NCBI GenBank assembly: GCA_034440375.1
Contig: JAWXBZ010000250.1
Coordinates: forward strand, 1 to 11,584
Reading direction: 5' to 3'
DNA: 11,584 nt
DNA from: Candidatus Eiseniibacteriota bacterium
Lineage (GTDB): Bacteria; Eisenbacteria; RBG-16-71-46; JABDJR01; JAWXBZ01
Shown here: one piece after another, positions 1-7,757 of the stretch
How positions within the stretch are numbered: the first letter of the stretch is position 1
Layout of the letters: each line of letters begins with the position of its first letter
Notes under the pieces: generated by a model
Told to the model about the DNA's origin: nothing
The model's database searches: none
Seen by the model: the letters and a program-made list of their open reading frames with translations, nothing else
Made by a program: the position numbers and the translations under genes

Positions 1-1
1 G

Positions 2-487
2 GCCGGCCGGCCGGCCCGCATCGTGGCCAAGATGAACGCACTGACCGATCCTCGCGTCATCCGCGCCCTCGTGTCAGCCTCACGGGCCGGCGTCGTGATC
101 GACCTCCTGGTCCGCGGCGTCTGCTGCCTGCGGCCGGGGACTCATGCCACGAAAGGCATCCGGGTGATCAGTCTCGTCGGCCGCTTCCTGGAACATAGCC
201 GCGTCTTCTACTTCGAGAACGAAGGCAGCCCCGAGATTTACCTGTCAAGCGCGGACTGGATGGAGCGCAACCTTGACTCGCGGGTTGAGACCACCTTTCC
301 GGTTCTCGATGCGCGCCTCAAGTCGCGACTGGCCACGGAACTTCTGAAAAACATGCTGCCCGACACCGTCAAGAGCCATGAACTGGGTTCGGACGGCCGT
401 TATGTGCACCGGACGCCGGTGGCCGGCGCGAAGACGGTTGACAGCCAGAAGTATTTCCTGAACCTGGCCACGATGTTTCAGTACTGA
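2..487 (+). CDS. ppk1: Polyphosphate kinase 1, C-terminal part (5' truncated by window edge)
   Basis: Frame is open from base 2 (AGRPARIVAKMNALTDPRVIRAL...). PPK1 C-terminal PLD-like motifs are present: AKMNAL, DLLVRGVCCLRPG, GRFLEHSRVFYF, SSADWMERNLDSRVE. Stop TGA at 485-487. Confidence 0.96.
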   Translation, partial: AGRPARIVAKMNALTDPRVIRALVSASRAGVVIDLLVRGVCCLRPGTHATKGIRVISLVGRFLEHSRVFYFENEGSPEIYLSSADWMERNLDSRVETTFPVLDARLKSRLATELLKNMLPDTVKSHELGSDGRYVHRTPVAGAKTVDSQKYFLNLATMFQY

Positions 488-503
488 TGTCCCCGCGCCT
501 GTG

Positions 504-3500
504 CTATCGCAAAAGGAGCAGCTTCCGGCTGGCCACGCGGCCGGCCGCTTCCAGTCGATAGAAGTACACTCCCGAAGGCACCGGGCTCCCCGCGTCATCT
601 CGACCATCCCAGGCCGTTTCGTGCCAGCCTGCATCGTGTGCGGCATGGCGCAGGAGGCGGCGAACGGTGCGGCCGTCCACCGAAAAGAGCGTCAATTCGA
701 CCGGCGCCGGTGCCGGAATGGCCCAGGCAATCGAGGTGGCACCCGGCGCGGGATTGGGTGCCGCCTGCGACAACTGCATCGCGATTGGAATCAGGGCGCC
801 GGGCATCGTAACGGCGAACGGCCCGTGCCATTCGATCTTACCGTCGCGGCCCACATCGGCCAGTCGATACTCGTACTGGAAACCGGCGAGAACCCCCGTG
901 TCAACGAATCGGTAGGTCGACCCATCCCGTTCGGCTCGGATCAGCTCCGGTCCGATCAGAACCTCTTCAGCGGCCAAGGGGAAAACGCTGCGCCGCGCCA
1001 GGCGGAAGCCGAGGTGATTGTTTGTCTCGACGGTTGTCCAGGCCAATTCAAGGCCGGTCGGAACCGGCGTGGCCGTGAAGCGACCCAGGACAACCGACAC
1101 CGTGGAGGAGATCTGGAGTGCCACCGGCAGCGTGATGCCCGGGTGATCCCGGTCGGAGGTATCCAGCACGATCGCACCGCTCACGAGTCCGGGTGGCAGG
1201 GCCGGGGCACCGAGTCGAAACGCGAGATTGGCCGCCTCGCCGGCATCGACCTCCATGTGACGGGTGACAAGCGCCAGCCATGGATGATTGAGTGTGCCCG
1301 GCGCGCGGTCTTCCGTGATCGATGACGCGCCGTCATACACCCTCGCCACGACAAGGACAACGTGGGTCGCGAGAAGACTGTCCTTGTCGAACCCGATGAT
1401 GGCCGACTGGCCGCCGCTTTCAGCGGCCCAGGTCAACAGCGAACCCGCGTGGAAATAGCCCGATCCGTCGATGTAGATGAAGCGCCCCTGCGGTTGCCCC
1501 ACCAGTGCCAGTGCCCGGGCGCCGATCAATCCAAACGACTCGCCGCGGGGTCCGGTCGTGATGTTATCGTCTTCATCGAGTTCGACGGCCAACGAGAAAT
1601 CGACGAGAGGATCACCCCACGGCCGCCAGGCGGTCAATCGGTAGATCAGCGAGTCGGCGGTCTGGCGGACCTCGATCAGGCGAAGATCGGCCTCGAGCGT
1701 GTCGGACTCGCTCGGGTCGACGAACAGCGTGTCCCATGGGGCCTCGAAGGGAGTCAGCGCCATGCGGATGCGGACGTCGTCAATCGTCTGGCCGAGCCGC
1801 GCCGAATAGCTGTTCACGCGGAGCTGGCCGGTCCCCATGTTGCGGACCACGAGCACGGTGTCGAGAACGGCGCCGGAATCAACTTCGGCCTCCATCAGCG
1901 TCCAGCTACCTTCGTAGATGGGCCGCACCCGGCTGGCCGTGGCAGGCCCGGCCAGCCGACTCTCGCCCGATTCATAAACCGCGGAGACGAAGTAATCCCA
2001 CGATTGACCATCGGGGAGGCCTGAATCCTGGAAAGTGCGCATCGTGATGGGCGTCCCGGTCAATCGAACACGCTCACCGCTTGGAGTCGTGGCGCGGTAA
2101 ACGTGATAGCCGACCACCGGGCCGGCCGGCGCTTCCTGGTAACCCGGCGGCAGCGACCAGGCCACCGACACGTTTCCTTCGGCATCACTTGTGGCGGAAG
2201 GCCTGAACGGCCGCAGTCGGGCGCGCCGGTCAACCATCTTTGGGTCGTCGATGAACCAGCCCGGACCGGTCACGCCGCCGTCGGCGAAAAAGCGCAGGCG
2301 CACCCGAAATGAGGGGTTGCCGGCCCAGGTGGAGAGGTCGGCTTCCACCGGTTGCCAACCGTCGAAACTCCCGGAGAACCCGGGCAGGTTGGAGGCCTCG
2401 ATGCGCGCGAGCGTATAGCCGCCGTCCGGCGTCAGGAGCTGCCAGGTCATGCCGCCGTCGCTTGATGTCTCGATGATCCCGCCGTCATAGAAGAACTCGC
2501 AGTCGAGATGATGCTGGAACGCCAGCGTGCCGCTCGTGAATCCCGACAGGTCGACCGGCGCAAACTCCAGCGTCGAGACGAGGTTGTCGTGGTACGAGCC
2601 GGTGAGCCCCGTGGCCCACACTTTCTGGCCGGAGGGCGGCATGAGGCCGAATCCCGGAACACCCCACTGCCAGTCGCCGCCGCCCACCGCCCCGCCGGCA
2701 TCGGCCTCGAAATCACGCCCCACGCCCGCGACGATGCGGAATCGATGCCAGCCATCCGCCGGGCTTCGCCCGATGTTCGGCGTTTGCGCCGAATCGGCCG
2801 CCTCGATGCGGTAGTCGAAGGTATCGCCAACGGCAAGCAAGGCCGTCGGCAACTCACCGCGGAAAAGCGGCGCCGGTCCGGCCATGTTGAGGGCAGTGGA
2901 GTCGGCGCCATTGCGGAGATGAAAGAGTTGCACGCGGCCGAGCCCCCGATCGAGATTGTCGGTGACCGTTGCCAGCACCGGTCTCGAATTGTCATCCACG
3001 GGCTGATCGTCGAGGGGTTCGTGGACGATCGTCGGCGGTTCGAAATCGGTGCCGACCTGGAAGACGAACGGGGCGCTACCGCCGCCGGGCGGCCAGACGA
3101 CCGTGCCACCCGACGTATCGGCCGCCGTGAACCAGTAGCGGACCTCGGTCCCCGCCGGCTGGGCGGCCAGCAGGTGCTGATACTCGCGGATGCCGCCGGT
3201 CGGCGTCATCACCAGCTCGAGCGGCGTCGTGACACCGCCGGTCTCGATTTCCAGGTGGATCCGCGCCGAGTTCTCGACCAGGGGAAAGATCGAGAGAAAG
3301 CTGGCCCGGAGGGGAAATGTTTTCGAGAGATCCTCGGTGTCGTGCTCCGGCACATGAGACACCTGGATGCTGTAGTCGCCGATGCCGTGGGCCCGAAAGC
3401 AGTTCACGATGGGAGTGAAGTGGGGCGTGCCGTCGTAGATGTTGCCGTTGCCGTCGTCGGTAAGAAGGAAGTCAATGAAGTAGTCATCGAAGTTGTCCGA

Positions 3501-5138
3501 GTAGCCGTACCGCGCGAAGTGCCACAGCGAGTCGACCAGCGTGGGGCCGAGGATTTCCCGGAGGTCCCAGAGCGTGGAAGCGATGATCAGGCCGTCGTTG
3601 TGTGATCCGCCGGTGGCGTCGTCGGGAAACTTCCGATCGACGTCGATGCGCCGGATGTAGTCGGGCGTCGAACCCGGCCGCCAGCCGGGCCCGATGACCG
3701 GCTGATCGGTGATGGTGGCGGCCAGGTAGTCCGAGAAGCCTTCATGCATGGCGCCGGAGGGGTAGAACGGGCGATACTGAAGATCAGTAACGAGGTGACC
3801 GTATTCGTGGATGACGACCGTGGCCACCCGGGCTGAGTTGGCGCACTGATCCCCGGCGGTGAAAAAGACCAGCTGCAGGCCATTCCAGAACGCGTTGCAC
3901 TGGTTGGCACCGGGGAGCGGGTAGTTGACGATCATGGCGACCGGGTAGTCAATGATTTGAAGGGACGGGTCGATGGCCTTGATGTAGTCGTGGGACACGG
4001 CGCCGAAGTGGTAGGCGTCCAGCCCGGACTGGGGGTACTGGAGCGGAAGCAGGTGCAGCGGGAACTCGAGCGGGCTGGCATCGGGAACCGTAAAGAGAAA
4101 CTCCGGCACCGAGTAGGCGCGCTCGGCATCGACAACCGTTCCGTACGCGCCGGCCAGCGGCACCCGCAGCCGGCGTTCGGTCGTGGTGGGGGTGGTCAGC
4201 TGATAGTGACCGTTCGCATCCGTCGACACAGAGAGGGACTCGGCCAACCCGCCCCCGGTCGCGATCATGGAGAGGTGGGCCAGCGCTGTTTCAACCACCG
4301 CATCACCCTGTGTCATCGGCTCGATGTCGGCCGTGACCTGGCCGCTCACGTCGACATGATGGCCGGCGTTGAATCGCCAGATGAGCCCGCCGCCCTTCGC
4401 ATCCACGAAACTGATCCACCAACCGGCCGGTGCCATCGTCCGCCAGCCGACCTTCCAGGCCAGCCGGAATTCGGTTCCGGAACGGTGTTCGATCGGCAGG
4501 ATGACGAGTTCCGGCGTGTCGGAGGGCGTGGCGTCGGCCGGCAGATCCTGGACCGCAACCCGCAAAGCCTCCCCGGGCATGACGAGCGGCGTCGTATCGA
4601 TATCGAGATCGGGGAAAGTCTGGTTGGTGACGCGGGTGATGCGGCCGTCGCCCTGAACGTGAAGCGACAGGCGGGAGTCCCAGACCGGCACACCCCGCAC
4701 GTTCTGGGTGAAGTGTGCCCAGTAGCGATGGCCGGCTCGCGCGCTCCGGACAAATTCCAGATCCGCGTCGACGGGCAGCCACCGGGCGAGGGTGGCGCGG
4801 GCAAAGTCACGCGAGCGTGATTCCAGGTTTGAGGCGTCGATCCGATTCCACGGCCCCGTGGCACCCGGGCCGTGCGCTTCGACCAGTCGCCCGGTCCTCT
4901 CGTCCCACTCGGCCACCCAGCCCGGGTTCTCGCGTACAAACGCGGACCAGTCCGGCATGCCGGAAAGCCGTGGCCATCGAACCGACGCGGGACTCGTGAG
5001 ATGGTCGGCGCCCCGCCGATCAACGGCGAAGGCATCGTGGTCGGGATCCGGTTGCCAGGCACCTGCCTGGGTGGTGAGGGATAAGGCCGCAAGAGTCAGG
5101 GCCAGGGGGAAGAGTCGATGTCCCGGAATCATTCGCAC
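504..5138 (-). CDS. Secreted multidomain zinc metalloprotease (thermolysin M4 / fungalysin M36-like) with FTP/PepSY propeptide, Ig/FN3 and jelly-roll accessory domains and a C-terminal FlgD-Ig/T9SS-type sorting domain
   Basis: 1544-aa ORF with GTG start and GAGG RBS at 5147-5150. Signal peptide (LFPLALTLAALSLTTQAGA). FTP-like HFTQNVRGVPVWDSRLSLHV and PepSY-like FRLAWKV...FVDAKGG. Catalytic NAFWNG, HEYGH (3795-3809), GAMHEGFSD and GGSHNDG. FN3-like VAWSLPP...GYHVYR...YFVSAVY. C-terminal PNP...WDGRDDAGSPVPSGVYFYRL...RKLLLLR. Confidence 0.9.
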   Translation of the reverse strand: MRMIPGHRLFPLALTLAALSLTTQAGAWQPDPDHDAFAVDRRGADHLTSPASVRWPRLSGMPDWSAFVRENPGWVAEWDERTGRLVEAHGPGATGPWNRIDASNLESRSRDFARATLARWLPVDADLEFVRSARAGHRYWAHFTQNVRGVPVWDSRLSLHVQGDGRITRVTNQTFPDLDIDTTPLVMPGEALRVAVQDLPADATPSDTPELVILPIEHRSGTEFRLAWKVGWRTMAPAGWWISFVDAKGGGLIWRFNAGHHVDVSGQVTADIEPMTQGDAVVETALAHLSMIATGGGLAESLSVSTDANGHYQLTTPTTTERRLRVPLAGAYGTVVDAERAYSVPEFLFTVPDASPLEFPLHLLPLQYPQSGLDAYHFGAVSHDYIKAIDPSLQIIDYPVAMIVNYPLPGANQCNAFWNGLQLVFFTAGDQCANSARVATVVIHEYGHLVTDLQYRPFYPSGAMHEGFSDYLAATITDQPVIGPGWRPGSTPDYIRRIDVDRKFPDDATGGSHNDGLIIASTLWDLREILGPTLVDSLWHFARYGYSDNFDDYFIDFLLTDDGNGNIYDGTPHFTPIVNCFRAHGIGDYSIQVSHVPEHDTEDLSKTFPLRASFLSIFPLVENSARIHLEIETGGVTTPLELVMTPTGGIREYQHLLAAQPAGTEVRYWFTAADTSGGTVVWPPGGGSAPFVFQVGTDFEPPTIVHEPLDDQPVDDNSRPVLATVTDNLDRGLGRVQLFHLRNGADSTALNMAGPAPLFRGELPTALLAVGDTFDYRIEAADSAQTPNIGRSPADGWHRFRIVAGVGRDFEADAGGAVGGGDWQWGVPGFGLMPPSGQKVWATGLTGSYHDNLVSTLEFAPVDLSGFTSGTLAFQHHLDCEFFYDGGIIETSSDGGMTWQLLTPDGGYTLARIEASNLPGFSGSFDGWQPVEADLSTWAGNPSFRVRLRFFADGGVTGPGWFIDDPKMVDRRARLRPFRPSATSDAEGNVSVAWSLPPGYQEAPAGPVVGYHVYRATTPSGERVRLTGTPITMRTFQDSGLPDGQSWDYFVSAVYESGESRLAGPATASRVRPIYEGSWTLMEAEVDSGAVLDTVLVVRNMGTGQLRVNSYSARLGQTIDDVRIRMALTPFEAPWDTLFVDPSESDTLEADLRLIEVRQTADSLIYRLTAWRPWGDPLVDFSLAVELDEDDNITTGPRGESFGLIGARALALVGQPQGRFIYIDGSGYFHAGSLLTWAAESGGQSAIIGFDKDSLLATHVVLVVARVYDGASSITEDRAPGTLNHPWLALVTRHMEVDAGEAANLAFRLGAPALPPGLVSGAIVLDTSDRDHPGITLPVALQISSTVSVVLGRFTATPVPTGLELAWTTVETNNHLGFRLARRSVFPLAAEEVLIGPELIRAERDGSTYRFVDTGVLAGFQYEYRLADVGRDGKIEWHGPFAVTMPGALIPIAMQLSQAAPNPAPGATSIAWAIPAPAPVELTLFSVDGRTVRRLLRHAAHDAGWHETAWDGRDDAGSPVPSGVYFYRLEAAGRVASRKLLLLR

Positions 5139-5214
5139 GATCGTTTCCTCAAGGGGTCGGAGTCGGAGTTTGCTGATTCAGAGGGGCATGGATACGCGGG
5201 GCCTGGGGGCGGCA

Positions 5215-5685
5215 TCACCATCGGTGGTAAGCCGGGTGTCCCGGCTGAACCGCCACGAAGGTGCCGCGGCAGGTGGCGCAGACCTTGCCGCCGGCCGTCA
5301 GGGTGGCTTCGATGACGGCGCGGTCGTCGCTTGATTCGGACACGCGGGCGGCGAGGTGCACCGGGCCGTCGGTTGGTGTCGGACGTTTCAGGATCACGTG
5401 GAAATCGGCGGTGACGGTACAGGGGGGATGGTCGACGCCCGCCCTGTTCATCAGGTGCCACGCGGCCGTCCAGTTGGAGTGGCAATCGAGCAGCGTGCCG
5501 ATGATGCCGCCGGAGAGGACTCCGGGAAAAGCCTCATGGTGCGGTTCGGGTGTCCAGGTGCAGACAACCTCGCCGTCCGTGCTGGCGGGAAAGCTCCGCA
5601 GTTTGAGCCCCCGGACATTGGCCGGGCCACAGCCGAAACAGGCGTTCCTGGGGGCGTGGCGCTCTTGTAGTGACTGGTCGCTCAT
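5215..5685 (-). CDS. PaaI-family (hotdog fold) thioesterase
   Basis: MSDQSLQERHAPRNACFGCGPAN..., FPGVLSGGIIGTLLDCH (PaaI HGG-x5-D equivalent), TADFHVILKRPTP, ATCRGTFVAV. ATG 5685 is preferred over the ORF-track start 5772 because the extension is non-conserved-looking and overlaps the divergent promoter region. Confidence 0.85.
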   Translation of the reverse strand: MSDQSLQERHAPRNACFGCGPANVRGLKLRSFPASTDGEVVCTWTPEPHHEAFPGVLSGGIIGTLLDCHSNWTAAWHLMNRAGVDHPPCTVTADFHVILKRPTPTDGPVHLAARVSESSDDRAVIEATLTAGGKVCATCRGTFVAVQPGHPAYHRW

Positions 5686-5695
5686 CAGGTCGTTA

Positions 5696-5701
5696 ACTAT
5701 A
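5696..5701 (-). promoter_or_regulatory. Putative -10 box (TATAGT) for the thioesterase gene, short-leader or leaderless
   Basis: The minus strand reads TATAGT-taacgacctg-ATG. There is no SD before the ATG, and the -35 match is weak (TTTCCC). Confidence 0.4.
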
Positions 5702-5711
5702 TCGCGACCAG

Positions 5712-5741
5712 TTGACCGGGGAAAGGCGACGGGTACACGAT
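5712..5741 (+). promoter_or_regulatory. Putative sigma70 promoter for the DinB gene
   Basis: TTGACC at 5712-5717 and candidate -10 CACGAT at 5736-5741 (18-nt spacer). The inverted repeat CGATAC/GTATCG (5738-5755) overlaps the -10. Confidence 0.35.
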
Positions 5742-5822
5742 ACCGGCCTGTATCGCCCGGTGGTTGCCCCATCCAGGGAGCCGAACCGAATACCCCATCT
5801 CACTCACAGGAGGCTTCTTTCT

Positions 5823-6437
5823 ATGGTCCGTTCCCATTCGCCGAACCGGCGCGCGCTTTCTCTTGGCCTCGTCCTCGCGGCGCTGACCCTGCCCCTTGTC
5901 TCGCCGCCGGAACCGGCCATGGCGCAGGAGGCCGCCATGAGCGGCGTCAAGGGAGACATCATTTTCTGGATTCAGGATGCCGAGAACAAGCTGACTGAAC
6001 TGGCCGACGCAATCCCCGAGGACAAGTACGCGTGGAAACCCGCGGAGGGGGTCCGTTCGGCGGGCGACGTTTTCATGCACGTGGCCACGGCCAACTTTGG
6101 ACTGCCCAGTTTTATCGGCGCGAAACCGCCGGAAGGCTTCGACTTTCGTACGTTCGAGAAGTCGGCGAGTGCCAAGGACGCGATCATGAAGCAGATGAAG
6201 AACTCCTTCGAACACGCCAGGATGGCCGTCAAGAACCTGGACGACGCCGACATGGACAAGCCGGTCGATCTCTTCGGCAACAAGTCCACCGTCCGGGGTA
6301 CCGCCATGCTCCTCGTCACCCACAATCACGAACATCTGGGCCAGGCCATCGCCTACGCCCGATCGATCGGGATCACGCCCCCCTGGACGGCCCGGGAAGA
6401 GGCAAGGGCGAAAGAGGCGGCTGCCAAGAAGAAGTAA
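5823..6437 (+). CDS. DinB/YfiT-like (DinB superfamily) protein with N-terminal signal peptide
   Basis: GGAGG RBS at 5809-5813 before ATG 5823. Signal peptide NRRALSLGLVLAALTLPLV...AMA/Q. DinB pattern: LADAIPEDKYAWKPAEGVRSAGDVFMHVA and HNHEHLGQAIAYARSIGITPPW (His triad). Confidence 0.88.
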   Translation: MVRSHSPNRRALSLGLVLAALTLPLVSPPEPAMAQEAAMSGVKGDIIFWIQDAENKLTELADAIPEDKYAWKPAEGVRSAGDVFMHVATANFGLPSFIGAKPPEGFDFRTFEKSASAKDAIMKQMKNSFEHARMAVKNLDDADMDKPVDLFGNKSTVRGTAMLLVTHNHEHLGQAIAYARSIGITPPWTAREEARAKEAAAKKK

Positions 6438-6494
6438 CAGAACCAGTTAGCTGAGGGTGCTCACGCAAGATCTTAGATTAAAGTAAAAGGTGAG

Positions 6495-6528
6495 GCGGCC
6501 GGTTAGCGAGAACTCGCCGGCCGTTTTA
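6495..6528 (+). terminator. Probable intrinsic terminator between convergent genes
   Basis: GC-rich hairpin CGGCCG(gtta)GCGA-gaac-TCGC-CGGCCG followed by TTTTA, downstream of the DinB stop. Confidence 0.55.
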
Positions 6529-7032
6529 CTGACTGGTTCGATCCAGAAGGAATGTGCCGAGTCCGACCACCCCGATCAGCGTACTTTCGCCCCACGTACC
6601 GCTCAGATAACCGCCGAAGGCAAGCATCCCGGTGGCCTGCAGGTAGATGTTCCTGTCGGCGGTACCGGCGTTCAAATCGAGGAAGAGTTGCCCGTTGGCC
6701 TCGAGCCGTCCGGCCACCGGGGACGACCCCTGGTGGGCGCTGCCCGCATTCTCGACGCAGCGAACCGCGACGCAACGGTTTCCAACGACTTCGTATTCCG
6801 GTGGATCGAACCCCGGGACTGCGGTGAATGTCAGTGAGGCACACCCCGTTGCCACAATCGCGCCGGATTCGTCCCATGCGGTGTAGCGATAGTTCAGGGT
6901 CGGGAAGTCGGCCGAGCACTCGCAGGGCACCGACATTGATGGTGCATCACAGTCAGCCGACGGATCGAGTCGAATCAGTTCCGAAGAGGTCATGCTGAAA
7001 CTGCCGTCCTGGATGCCACCGCCGGGATTCAT
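6526..7032 (-). CDS. Hypothetical Cys-containing beta-rich protein, probably the C-terminal part of the upstream lipoprotein (frameshifted)
   Basis: 168-aa ORF whose frame is open from 7083. It has 6 Cys and no signal peptide, with beta-strand-like patterns (YRYTAWDESGAIVATG, LFLDLNAGTADRNIYL, LSGTW). ATG overlaps the upstream stop (ATGA, 7029-7032). Confidence 0.6.
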   Translation of the reverse strand: MNPGGGIQDGSFSMTSSELIRLDPSADCDAPSMSVPCECSADFPTLNYRYTAWDESGAIVATGCASLTFTAVPGFDPPEYEVVGNRCVAVRCVENAGSAHQGSSPVAGRLEANGQLFLDLNAGTADRNIYLQATGMLAFGGYLSGTWGESTLIGVVGLGTFLLDRTSQ

Positions 7033-7439
7033 CGAGAACTCCGTGGAAAACCCCAGCCCGGGATCGAACTCGGTTTCAGAAATTCATATTCGCGATCGAT
7101 GGCCTGCTCAATCCGCTCGAAGGCATTTTCGACCGTCAGTGCCAGCGATGCCGGGAGGGGCCGGGCGTCGGAAACCCGCTCCACCCGCACGATGCTCCCC
7201 TCGCGCACCTCCACTCGCATCGGGTCCGCGTACCCCCCGCCGCAGAAGCACGACTTATGCTGGACGAACCGGTAGTCATCGATGGCGTGCAATCGCCAGA
7301 GGGCCCGGTTTCGCCGGAGTTCTCGAAGTCGGTCGTCGACGTCGCCATCGTCATCGCTACATGAGATGAGCGGCAGGACGAGAAGGAGAGTGGCCGTGAC
7401 GATCCATGAGTGTCTGGAGATGGCGCTGACGAGGTTCAT
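7029..7439 (-). CDS. DUF6174-like lipoprotein (N-terminal part, apparently frameshifted near 7075)
   Basis: GGAGG RBS at 7444-7448 and ATG 7439. Lipobox LLLVLPLIS-C27. NRALW...DDYRF...SCFC...PMRVEVREG...LTVENAFERIEQA matches my recollection of DUF6174. The ORF-track 416-aa version is an antisense extension. Confidence 0.75.
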   Translation of the reverse strand: MNLVSAISRHSWIVTATLLLVLPLISCSDDDGDVDDRLRELRRNRALWRLHAIDDYRFVQHKSCFCGGGYADPMRVEVREGSIVRVERVSDARPLPASLALTVENAFERIEQAIDREYEFLKPSSIPGWGFPRSSR

Positions 7440-7497
7440 CGTTCCTCCAGGCAATTGCGAGACGGTGCTCCGTCCTGTGATGAGGGGGGTCATGCCC

Positions 7498-7526
7498 AAG
7501 ATAGGCCGGGACGCGGAAAGCGGCAA
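7498..7526 (-). promoter_or_regulatory. Putative sigma70 promoter for the lipoprotein gene
   Basis: Minus strand TTGCCG (7526-7521), N17, TATCTT (7503-7498), about 60 nt upstream of ATG 7439. Confidence 0.5.
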
Positions 7527-7643
7527 GCCGGCGCCGATGGGCAAGGGAAGATACAACCGGTCGGCCAGACGCCTGCCCGCACCCGGTGGTGCCTCCGGCA
7601 ACTTCAGGATACGATCCGATCGTCTCAAACTCAGAAAGTGATC

Positions 7644-7757
7644 ATGGCAATCACGAACACGCTTCGCCTGTACCCGTACTTCCTCCGCGACACGTGCTGG
7701 AGCCCCCCCGCAGGGGTCCGAACCCGGCAGTTCGTGGAGGCTCCGAAACGGCCGTGA
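7644..7757 (+). pseudogene. Short 37-aa ORF, possible gene remnant or chimera (N-terminus resembles DUF6717-type proteins)
   Basis: MAITNTLRLYPYFLRDTCWSPPAGVRTRQFVEAPKRP, preceded by purine-rich AGAAAG. Its TGA overlaps the trmH GTG (GTGA). The family resemblance is from memory only. Confidence 0.3.

Noticed and set aside
1-14. GGCC tandem repeat, and similarly GTCGGA x2 at about 5157-5168
   Set aside because: Short low-complexity repeats expected by chance in GC-rich DNA. The first lies within the ppk1 coding frame.
501-5334. Multiple plus-strand ORFs (e.g. 501-1325, 2508-3605, 3957-4820) and alternate-frame minus-strand ORFs
   Set aside because: They overlap the well-supported 1544-aa protease and have the Arg/Gly/Pro-rich composition typical of non-coding frames.
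6440-6494. AT-rich patch with AAGATCTT palindrome as ncRNA or att site
   Set aside because: Short and between convergent genes, with no second copy, no integrase and no recognisable RNA structure.
7586-7753. N-terminal extension of the TrmH ORF
   Set aside because: SpoU-family similarity begins at about SATNP. GTG 7754 has an upstream GGAGG.
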